The position numbers and the translations under genes were made by a program. This document shows positions 25,206 to 32,000 of a stretch of DNA of 32,000 bases, one piece after another. Origin of the DNA: an uncultured archaeon. Its GTDB lineage: Archaea; Iainarchaeota; Iainarchaeia; Iainarchaeales; CSSED10-239. Location of the stretch: NCBI GenBank assembly GCA_964496765.1, contig CAZCAP010000002.1:60001-92000 (forward strand), given 5' to 3'. The notes beneath the pieces are model-generated. The model did not search any database. It was given only the letters and a program-made list of their open reading frames with translations, and was not told the origin of the DNA. Each line of letters begins with the position of its first letter. Within the stretch, counting starts at the first letter, position 1.

Positions 25206-26099
25206 ATGAAATTTTTAGAAAGATATCAAATATATCTTTATGGACAAAAAATAAAAATACCAGCATTATATTGGTTAGGTATAATTTTTACGTTTTCTCT
25301 TTTGCTTGGAATAGGAGGATATTTCATAGATGCAAAAATTGGATTCCTATTATTTGTAATATTATTAGATTTAGGATATGGTATTCCCATATACCTTTAT
25401 GATAGTCACATTAAACAAATAGAAAGATACTGGCCTGAAGCACTTAAACTAATTGCTGACACCATGAAAGCTGGATCCTCATTTGATTATGCATTGAGAG
25501 AAGTTTGTGTTGCTGATTTTGGGCCCCTATCATTCGAAATAAATGAAGTTATTAGAAGAATAGAAATGGGAGATACCACTGTTAAAGCACTTGGATTTTT
25601 ATCCTATAGGGTCGAATCAAAAGTTGTTAGAAGAACAGTTACATTAATTCAGGAATCATTGAGAACTGGTGCTCCATTAGCAGATGTTTTAGAAGAAATT
25701 GCTAATGATACAAAATACATTTATAGAATTAAAAAGGAAAGACAAACAAAAACAATGCTTCAAACAATATTTATTGTTGCTGCTGGTTCAGTTGTTGCTC
25801 CTTTCATTTTTGGATTAACAAGAGTAATTACAGAATTTTTAACAAATGTAGCAACTGACACCGGAATTGCGTCTGCTTCTGCATTGGTAGTTGCAATGCA
25901 AACCCAGGCTACAATCTTTTTACTACTTGATATTTATATTATCTTAGAGGTTCTTGCTGCTTCCGCAATGATTAGTATGATGAGAGAAGGTAAGCTAAGT
26001 CCAATGTATGTATTTTTTCCTGTAATGATAACCATTGCATACACTGTATATCTCATAGCCCAGGTTGTTTTAAGAGGAATGCTTGCAGGAATGATATGA
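25206..26099 (+). CDS. T2SSF-domain pilus platform membrane protein (TadB/TadC/ArlJ-like), copy 2
   Basis: One T2SSF-like domain (WPEALKLIADTMKAGSSFDYALREV...INEVIRRIEMGDTTVKAL...TGAPLADVLEEIAND) is flanked by TM helices. It starts 4 nt after the stop of copy 1. Confidence 0.8.
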   Translation: MKFLERYQIYLYGQKIKIPALYWLGIIFTFSLLLGIGGYFIDAKIGFLLFVILLDLGYGIPIYLYDSHIKQIERYWPEALKLIADTMKAGSSFDYALREVCVADFGPLSFEINEVIRRIEMGDTTVKALGFLSYRVESKVVRRTVTLIQESLRTGAPLADVLEEIANDTKYIYRIKKERQTKTMLQTIFIVAAGSVVAPFIFGLTRVITEFLTNVATDTGIASASALVVAMQTQATIFLLLDIYIILEVLAASAMISMMREGKLSPMYVFFPVMITIAYTVYLIAQVVLRGMLAGMI

Positions 26100-26109
26100 A
26101 ATTTCGTAG

Positions 26110-26295
26110 ATGATGTTTATGAGAGAAAAACTTAAAAAAATTATAAAAGAAGAAAAGGCACAGGTGTCTTTGGAGTTTTTAATTATACTTGGAATTGTTG
26201 CTCTTGCTGCAGTTGCTGTTGGGTTTTATTTAAAGCAGGTATCTGCAAAGAATGTTAAAAATGCAACAAGTACACAAGCTGATGCAATGAAGTAA
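26110..26295 (+). CDS. very small class III signal-peptide pilin-like protein (Flp-sized)
   Basis: 61 aa. EEKA-QVSLEFLIILGIVALAAVAVGFYL fits the (K)(G/A)-Q-x-(A/S)-x-E-(Y/F) prepilin motif followed by a hydrophobic helix. Confidence 0.75.
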   Translation: MMFMREKLKKIIKEEKAQVSLEFLIILGIVALAAVAVGFYLKQVSAKNVKNATSTQADAMK

Positions 26296-26429
26296 ATCAA
26301 TTAGGTTAACTTTCCTAAACAGAAATATATATAAATCTGACGTTCTTATATATAGTAAATAATTATTATATCTTGAAAAAAGATTATAATAAAAAAACTT
26401 AAAAAAACAAAATAAATAGGTGAAATAAA

Positions 26430-26903
26430 ATGATGAGAAAAATTAAAGGACAAGGTGCACTTGAATACCTTTTGTTAATTGGTGGTGCTGTTCTAATTGC
26501 TGTAATCGTTATTGCTCTTCTTGTTGGAATGGGCGGACAGTCAAGAGAAACAGCTCAAGATCAATCAACAAAAGCTCAACAATCATTAGATCAGCCACAG
26601 GCAGCAACAATCGTTAGTATAACACCAATAGATAATTGTAATGGAACTACAGGTTCTGTCACAATAAATTGGGCAAAAGTTGGAGATGGTGGTGTATATG
26701 AGTTAAGGATGTTTGATTATTCAGGAACACAAATTGGAAGTAATATCGATATAACAGATCAAAATGCATCATTTAACCAAGCATTTGCTTCTATTGGTGG
26801 TAGGGCTTGTCAAGATTCGTTCTGGGGACAAATTATAACTTCAAAGAATGATATGACTGTAAGTTCTGCAAGAATGAAATGGAATTGGCCATCACTAAAC
26901 TAG
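26430..26903 (+). CDS. type IV pilin-like protein with class III signal peptide (candidate major pilin)
   Basis: MMRKIKG-QGALEYLLLIGGAVLIAVIVIALLV, then a ~110-aa beta-rich domain. It has a strong AGGTGA SD, its own AT-rich upstream region and a strong downstream hairpin. Confidence 0.85.
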   Translation: MMRKIKGQGALEYLLLIGGAVLIAVIVIALLVGMGGQSRETAQDQSTKAQQSLDQPQAATIVSITPIDNCNGTTGSVTINWAKVGDGGVYELRMFDYSGTQIGSNIDITDQNASFNQAFASIGGRACQDSFWGQIITSKNDMTVSSARMKWNWPSLN

Positions 26904-26921
26904 TTTGAGATTTGAAAATTT

Positions 26922-26964
26922 AAAGAAATGGACTAATCTCCATTTCTTTAATTTATTTTTTTTT
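26922..26964 (+). terminator. stem-loop plus T-run downstream of the first large pilin gene
   Basis: A perfect 11-bp stem AAAGAAATGGA (26922-26932) / TCCATTTCTTT (26939-26949) encloses a 6-nt loop. It is followed by AATTTATTTTTTTTT. Confidence 0.7.
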
Positions 26965-27006
26965 AAAATCAAATTATACTTATAATTTAATTTAAACGGA
27001 ATAATT

Positions 27007-27447
27007 ATGTTTACTAATAATAAAAAAGCACAGGGTGCACTTGAATATCTTTTAATTATAGGTGGAGCTTTACTGATTGCAGTTATTGCAGTAACTATAA
27101 TTGTAAGTCTTGGTAGTGGTAACCGTGAAACCGTTGATGATAGTCAGCAAGGTTATCAGGAACTTGTTGATAATCAAGTTATTGCTCCAATAATAAATGA
27201 TATTGAATGTTCAATTGGCACAATAACAATTTACACAGCTGGATCTCCAACCACAGGAGTTTCCAATTACAAAATAAGTTTAGATGATGGTCTCTATGTT
27301 AATGTAACAACCATAGATATCCCAAATAGAGAAATTACTTATAATAAGGTGAGCGTAGTTGGAACAAAATATGAAGTTAGATTAGTTTCAATTAAGAATA
27401 ATTTAAGATCAACACCAACACTACCTTTTGATTGTGTTGTTAAATAA
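27007..27447 (+). CDS. type IV pilin-like protein with class III signal peptide (paralog of 26430-26903)
   Basis: MFTNNKKA-QGALEYLLIIGGALLIAVIAVTIIV. The N-terminal ~45 aa align with the preceding pilin, including the shared ..RET..D.. segment; the C-terminal domain has diverged. Confidence 0.85.
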   Translation: MFTNNKKAQGALEYLLIIGGALLIAVIAVTIIVSLGSGNRETVDDSQQGYQELVDNQVIAPIINDIECSIGTITIYTAGSPTTGVSNYKISLDDGLYVNVTTIDIPNREITYNKVSVVGTKYEVRLVSIKNNLRSTPTLPFDCVVK

Positions 27448-27457
27448 GATCCAGAAG

Positions 27458-27658
27458 ATGGGAGTTATGAATATTTTTTTAAAATTACTTAATGATAAAA
27501 AAGCACAACTCTCTGTTGAATATCTTATCATGATTGTATTTGGAATGATGCTTGTAATTACAACAGGTATTGTTATTATTAATTTAAGTGGCCTTGTTAG
27601 TGTTGCAAAAGCAAAAATATTAACCTATAGAGATAATATACTTTCAACATTTTCATAA
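27458..27658 (+). CDS. very small class III signal-peptide pilin-like protein
   Basis: NDKKA-QLSVEYLIMIVFGMMLVITTGIVIINL. About 66 aa from ATG 27458 (alternative ATG at 27467). The track's TTG at 27428 overlaps the previous gene. Confidence 0.7.
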   Translation: MGVMNIFLKLLNDKKAQLSVEYLIMIVFGMMLVITTGIVIINLSGLVSVAKAKILTYRDNILSTFS

Positions 27659-27693
27659 ATTCTAAACAACGCTAATTACTTTGGAGTAACCCT

Positions 27694-28827
27694 ATGTTTA
27701 ATTTTGCATTATATTCTTTTTTAGTTACCCTACTATTTCTATTTATTTTTTGCATATTTGATTTAAAATATAGAGAAATACCTAATTATCTTGTTCTTCT
27801 ATTTTTTGGGATTGGTTTGTTATCTAGTTTAGTAATTAGTTTTTGGCTATGGCAATTTTCATATATTTTTAATTCATTAATTTCAATTGCAATTACTTTC
27901 ATTATAACCTTTATTCTTTGGGAGCTTGGTTTATTTGCAGGAGGGGATTTAAAGGTTTTTGTTGGGATTGCTGCACTTAACCCACTAAACCTTAACTTTT
28001 TAGGTTCTGCACTTAACTTTGGAGTGGTTAAGCAACCAATATTTGGAATCACCTTAATTATCGCAAGTATATTATCAACACTACCCTATATCCTCCTATT
28101 TACTAGCTATAAAATAATTTCTAAAAATTATTTCAAAGACCTAGTTATAACTTATTTTTCAAAAACCTACTTAATAACTATTTTTAATTCAATAATAATT
28201 ATTTTTCTAATTACCTCCTTTATGAATATTTTTTCATTAAAAACACCAACAATATTATTACTATTATTATCTTTTGTTTTGATTTTTTTATTTTCTAATG
28301 TACTTACCTATAGTAAAAAAGCATTTTATTTTTCTATCGGGATGCTTTATTTAATTTTATTTATTACGACCTGTTTATTAAAACATGTTCCTCAAAAGAT
28401 TTTTTTACTTTCAAACCTTTTTTCAATAATTTTATCAGTACTAATAATTTATCTATTAATCATGATTTATAGGTTCACAAAAGAAAAAATACTTGTTGAA
28501 GAAAAAAAAGTATCTGACCTGAAAGAAGGGGATGTTACTTTATATAATTATTATTTAATTAATAAAAAAGTAATATTTAAAAAAAGCACTTTTTTCTCTG
28601 CCATTAGAGATATGCTAACTGGAGTTTATTATAAAGACCAAATAATTGATTCTAGAAAAGCTGGTGGGTTAAATGTGAAAGAAGTTACCTTTTTAAATGA
28701 ATCCCACAATAATAAATTAATAGGTAATGTAATAAAAATCAAAGTCACTATTGCATTTACTCCAGCAGTATTAATTGCATATATCTTGCTTAATATTTTT
28801 GGAGACGTGATTTGGTTAATATTTTAA
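27694..28827 (+). CDS. A24-family prepilin/preflagellin peptidase (PibD/FlaK/EppA-like), enlarged
   Basis: The first catalytic Asp lies in CIFDLKYREIPN and the second in the GxGD-type motif FAGGDLKVFVGIAA. About 200 extra residues (additional TM helices plus a soluble KEGDV-containing segment) precede the last TM IAFTPAVLIAYIL. Confidence 0.85.
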   Translation: MFNFALYSFLVTLLFLFIFCIFDLKYREIPNYLVLLFFGIGLLSSLVISFWLWQFSYIFNSLISIAITFIITFILWELGLFAGGDLKVFVGIAALNPLNLNFLGSALNFGVVKQPIFGITLIIASILSTLPYILLFTSYKIISKNYFKDLVITYFSKTYLITIFNSIIIIFLITSFMNIFSLKTPTILLLLLSFVLIFLFSNVLTYSKKAFYFSIGMLYLILFITTCLLKHVPQKIFLLSNLFSIILSVLIIYLLIMIYRFTKEKILVEEKKVSDLKEGDVTLYNYYLINKKVIFKKSTFFSAIRDMLTGVYYKDQIIDSRKAGGLNVKEVTFLNESHNNKLIGNVIKIKVTIAFTPAVLIAYILLNIFGDVIWLIF

Positions 28828-28839
28828 ATGTGAAAAATT

Positions 28840-29304
28840 ATGAATTTAAGTAGAAAAGGACAAATTGCAATTGAATATATTATTTTTATAGCCATATTCT
28901 TATTATTTTTTCAAGCAGTGATTAAGCCATCTATTGATTTTGCAGAAAATATAATGAGTGATGTTCAATCTATTGCTATTACCCAAGAAAACGTAAGTAG
29001 GCTTGCTGATGGTGTTAGTTCCTTTGCATCATCTATGGGGACTGGAAAGGTAACCATGAATTTGTATTTACCAAAGAATGCAACAATTACGGATTGTAGT
29101 TCTAGTGCAATTACCTATACTATAACTATCTCTAACGTAAATCCGAAACCAGCTGCCTGTAATAATACTAATTTTTGCGAATTTACAAAAGCAATATTTA
29201 TTGGTAGTCACGATATTACCTGTGATTTAATAGGGCCTGGTTTTACAGGAGACGTACTTATTGAAAAACAAGCCACAGGAGATTTTGATGTTTCAATCAA
29301 GTAA
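28840..29304 (+). CDS. pilin-like protein with class III signal peptide (minor pilin candidate)
   Basis: MNLSRKG-QIAIEYIIFIAIFLLFFQAV, followed by a ~120-aa domain containing 4 Cys. Confidence 0.8.
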   Translation: MNLSRKGQIAIEYIIFIAIFLLFFQAVIKPSIDFAENIMSDVQSIAITQENVSRLADGVSSFASSMGTGKVTMNLYLPKNATITDCSSSAITYTITISNVNPKPAACNNTNFCEFTKAIFIGSHDITCDLIGPGFTGDVLIEKQATGDFDVSIK

Positions 29305-29641
29305 AGCCCAAACAAGCATAGAGTTCATTATTCTGATTGCAGTCCTATTATTAATAGGATTTTATTTTAGTGGTTCAATCTACAAAACCTTTGATAGTAA
29401 TTATGCAATTTATAAAGTTAAAAACAAAACTCTACAGCTCTTCTCAGAGAATGATAGTGGAGATGTGCTTTCTAAGGTTAGCTATGAATTGCACGATTCT
29501 CAAATCGTCTTGAAGTTAGATATTAAACAATCAAGTTCTGGATACATTTTAACCTCATCAAATTATGCTTCTGATATTCAAGACATAATTAAAAGAACTA
29601 GTTTCGATACAGTTGTTATTAATTTTAATTATATTTCTTAA
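29288..29641 (+). CDS. pilin-like protein with class III signal peptide (minor pilin candidate)
   Basis: MFQSSKA-QTSIEFIILIAVLLLIGFYF. ATG 29288 overlaps the upstream gene by 17 nt. The track's TTG at 29261 is less likely. Confidence 0.75.
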   Translation: MFQSSKAQTSIEFIILIAVLLLIGFYFSGSIYKTFDSNYAIYKVKNKTLQLFSENDSGDVLSKVSYELHDSQIVLKLDIKQSSSGYILTSSNYASDIQDIIKRTSFDTVVINFNYIS

Positions 29642-29654
29642 ATGGTGTGTGTAA

Positions 29655-30188
29655 ATGATAGATAAAAATATATTATATATTGAAATAATTTTTCTATTGG
29701 GTGTTCTATTAACTGTTTTTATTTCCAAAAATGTTTTTTTGAAAATCCTAATCGTAATTGTGTTGTTCTTATTCGTAATAAAAGAACTTGATGATTATAA
29801 ATATATTCAACAAAAATATCTTTATGTTGGATATGGGTTTGTTTCACTACTAGTGTTGTTCATTATTAATGAATATATTGTGAATATATATTTTGTTGCT
29901 GCCCTCATATGCCTTGTAATTATTTACTTGTATTTGTTCAAGGTTTTATTTAATACAACATATGGAAAAGTAACTAAAGTAACTGGAAGAAAAGTAAGTA
30001 TTCAAATCCTAGATCCCTTTTATAAAACAAAAAATGAATTAGTTCTTAGCTTTTCTGGAAAAGTTAAGAAAGGAGATGTTGCAATAATTGCGCTAACCAA
30101 ATTCCCAATAAATAAGAAAGCCATTAAAATAATTAAAGTTGTTACAGAACCTAAATCATTGAATAAAAATGTGAAAAAAAAGAAATGA
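29655..30188 (+). CDS. membrane protein (3 TM) with C-terminal small beta-barrel-like domain, unknown function
   Basis: 177 aa. Three hydrophobic helices are followed by GKVTKVTGRKVSIQILDP...VKKGDVAIIAL. A GGTG SD lies upstream. Its stop overlaps the next start (ATGA). Confidence 0.7.
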   Translation: MIDKNILYIEIIFLLGVLLTVFISKNVFLKILIVIVLFLFVIKELDDYKYIQQKYLYVGYGFVSLLVLFIINEYIVNIYFVAALICLVIIYLYLFKVLFNTTYGKVTKVTGRKVSIQILDPFYKTKNELVLSFSGKVKKGDVAIIALTKFPINKKAIKIIKVVTEPKSLNKNVKKKK

Positions 30189-30547
30189 ATGAAATTCTAT
30201 TCAAAAGAATAGTGATATTGTTTTCAATAGTTGGTCTGATTTTATTAGTTGTTTATTCATTCTTTTTTGTTCCTGAGGAACAATCTATTTCTAGTTTACC
30301 TACATTGAAAGAAGGTACAATTGTATCAACATCAGGGATTATAAAGGAATTAGCAGTAAAAGATAATCTTGTTCAATTTCAGCTTTGTGAATATTCTATT
30401 TGTATTCAGGCAGTTCTTTTCAATCCAAGTAATAGTCAATTAGATGTATTAAATAATCTAAGTATTACAAAAGAAAATACTAGACTATCTGGTCAATATA
30501 AATTATATATGGATAATCCAGAAATTATTGTATACAATATTGAATGA
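30185..30547 (+). CDS. N-terminally anchored protein with OB-fold-like domain, unknown function
   Basis: 120 aa. A single N-terminal TM (IVILFSIVGLILLVVYSFFFV) is followed by a pattern resembling OB folds (EGTIVSTSGIIKEL..VQFQLCEYSICIQAVLF..SGQYKLYMDNPEIIVYNIE). ATGA overlaps occur at both ends. Confidence 0.65.
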   Translation: MNEILFKRIVILFSIVGLILLVVYSFFFVPEEQSISSLPTLKEGTIVSTSGIIKELAVKDNLVQFQLCEYSICIQAVLFNPSNSQLDVLNNLSITKENTRLSGQYKLYMDNPEIIVYNIE

Positions 30548-31734
30548 CTATGTATTTAATTGAAATAATTATAGGGGTGTTGTTGGGGTTTGTTATTGGA
30601 TTAATTCCTAGTATACACATAAATACAATATCCTATTTTTTTTTGTTTATTGGAGGTTATAATCTTTTTTATAATAATTCATTTTTTTTTATATCTTTGG
30701 CGGTTTCCCAATTAGTAACTAGTTACGTTTCTATTTCTGTTTTTGGAGTTCCAAATGATTCAACAATCATGCATTTATTTCCACTTCAAAGACTGGCAAA
30801 GGAGGGACAATTAAAAAAAGGGATTTATCTTTGTTTAGTTGGTTCTTTCTTTGGAGGCCTATTCTCTCTACTATTATTTCCCATTCTTTTTTTACTATTT
30901 AGTGCTTTGTTTAATTTTAATTTATTTATTTATGGCTTGATTATTTTAATTTTAATTATGTTTATTATTTTAGAAAAAAACATTAAAAAAAGAATAGGAA
31001 TACTTGCAATAATTATTTTTTCTGGAACTCTTGGAATACTCACCCTTAAATATAATTATTTTCTTTCGGAACCACTAATGGTTTGTGTGGTGGGCCTGTT
31101 TGCATTCCCATTTATATTAGAATCTATTTTTTCTAAAAATAGGTTTGTTAAACAAAAAGATGAAGACCTGCAAATAAATCTAAAGGACACTGGTGTTTCT
31201 TCATTTCTTGGAACTTTGGGTGCAATGTTTATGATAATCGTGCCCTCATTTAGCTCATCACAGGCATCACTGCTATTGTCAAAGATTAAACAAAAACTAA
31301 ATTCAGAGGAATACTTGTTGATTTTTTCCAGTGTTGCCATTAGTTCTTTATTTTTTTCTTTTTTTCTTGCAATTAATTTTTATAAACCTAGATTGGGTTA
31401 CATTGCTATTCTTTTATCCAATAACATTCTTGGCAAGAGCATTTCTAACTTTAATCTTGCAATTACCTTATTTTTATCTTTATGTTTGTCAATATTACTT
31501 TTATCTTTTACCTATAAACAAATAGTTGATTGGATAACTAGATTTAATTTTAAATTAATTAGTGTTATTTTATTGCTTTTTATTTCAATCCTTATTATCC
31601 TATTATTTGGAATGAAAGCTATTCCTCTATTAATTCTATCAACCTCAATTGGATTTCTTCCTCTTGTGTTTGGAGTGGATCGAGTTATCCTAATGAGTTA
31701 CATTATGATCCCAACAATATTATTTTATGTGTGA
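30544..31734 (+). CDS. polytopic membrane protein (~10 TM), possibly TctA/DUF112-like
   Basis: 396 aa and highly hydrophobic. Two similar segments, GFVIGLIPSIHINT and GAMFMIIVPSFSSSQ, recall the duplicated TctA/DUF112 motif. The family assignment is tentative. Confidence 0.6.
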   Translation: MTMYLIEIIIGVLLGFVIGLIPSIHINTISYFFLFIGGYNLFYNNSFFFISLAVSQLVTSYVSISVFGVPNDSTIMHLFPLQRLAKEGQLKKGIYLCLVGSFFGGLFSLLLFPILFLLFSALFNFNLFIYGLIILILIMFIILEKNIKKRIGILAIIIFSGTLGILTLKYNYFLSEPLMVCVVGLFAFPFILESIFSKNRFVKQKDEDLQINLKDTGVSSFLGTLGAMFMIIVPSFSSSQASLLLSKIKQKLNSEEYLLIFSSVAISSLFFSFFLAINFYKPRLGYIAILLSNNILGKSISNFNLAITLFLSLCLSILLLSFTYKQIVDWITRFNFKLISVILLLFISILIILLFGMKAIPLLILSTSIGFLPLVFGVDRVILMSYIMIPTILFYV

Positions 31735-32000
31735 TTTTCTTGCTGCAAAATTAAACATCCAACTAACTATCCAAAATTGTAATAGCCACACAATAAACTT
31801 GTTTTTAAATCCAGCTATATACACACTACTACCTCTTTCTACCTTTCTAATGGATCTTTTAACTACCTTATTTACTCTCATCCAAAACATGTTTGGAACG
31901 TAATTTATGTTATAGCTTTTTAAAAAATTAGTTTTTACAAATCCTGGGCAAAGAGCTTGAAAGTGCACGTTGAAGTTATTTGCTTTCATTTCATCAATCA
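31720..32000 (-). CDS. short-chain dehydrogenase/reductase family protein, C-terminal part (N-terminus beyond window end)
   Basis: The frame stays open to position 32000 (..IDEMKANNFNVHFQALCPGFVKTNF..). The xxPGxVxTxF segment is typical of the SDR C-terminal region. It overlaps the 30544-31734 gene convergently by 15 nt. Confidence 0.6.
   Translation of the reverse strand, partial: IDEMKANNFNVHFQALCPGFVKTNFLKSYNINYVPNMFWMRVNKVVKRSIRKVERGSSVYIAGFKNKFIVWLLQFWIVSWMFNFAARKSHIK

Noticed and set aside
22280-31734. Interpretation of the locus as an archaellum operon
   Set aside because: There are no ArlC/D/E, ArlF/G or ArlX-like genes and no archaellin-type (FlaB) proteins. The KaiC-like (ArlH-sized) ATPase lies 10 kb away and is unlinked. 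The pilins carry the Q+1 motif typical of non-archaellum pilins.

Overview
AT-rich archaeal chromosomal segment. Archaeal hallmarks are TFE, aTrm56, the RFC small subunit, CDC48/VAT, an A1:U72 initiator tRNA and class III signal-peptide pilins. The compact, overlapping genes suggest a small-genome (DPANN-like) archaeon, but that is inference only. Left to right: a partial mutS; a tRNA-Phe/Lys/Lys cluster; trm56 and tfe; and tRNA-iMet followed by a very AT-rich ~3.7 kb cassette. The cassette holds a palindromic GTAATTAC site cluster, a wHTH protein, two small ORFs and a Xer-like tyrosine recombinase. Next is a dNTP-metabolism cluster (HD dNTPase-like, CobA-type adenosyltransferase, B12-dependent NrdJ, Dut). 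Then come a KaiC-like ATPase, a Cys-rich small ORF, CDC48, topoisomerase IA, an Lrp/AsnC regulator, a MtaB-like radical-SAM enzyme and RFC-S. The last ~9.5 kb is a type IV (Tad/Epd-like) pilus locus: an ATPase, two separate T2SSF platform genes, six proteins sharing a (G/A)Q-x-(A/S)-x-E-(Y/F) class III signal, an enlarged A24 prepilin peptidase and three translationally coupled membrane genes. Features not explained by ordinary annotation: (1) an 18-20 bp motif (GTGTCCAACAAATATAACAA) present five times, always oriented toward a downstream transcription unit, with two pairs bracketing ~3.5-3.7 kb blocks as inverted repeats; (2) the GTAATTAC cluster; (3) a start-less 154-codon open frame continuing in-frame past the recombinase stop codon; (4) a Cys-rich RiPP-like ORF with an ambiguous start.
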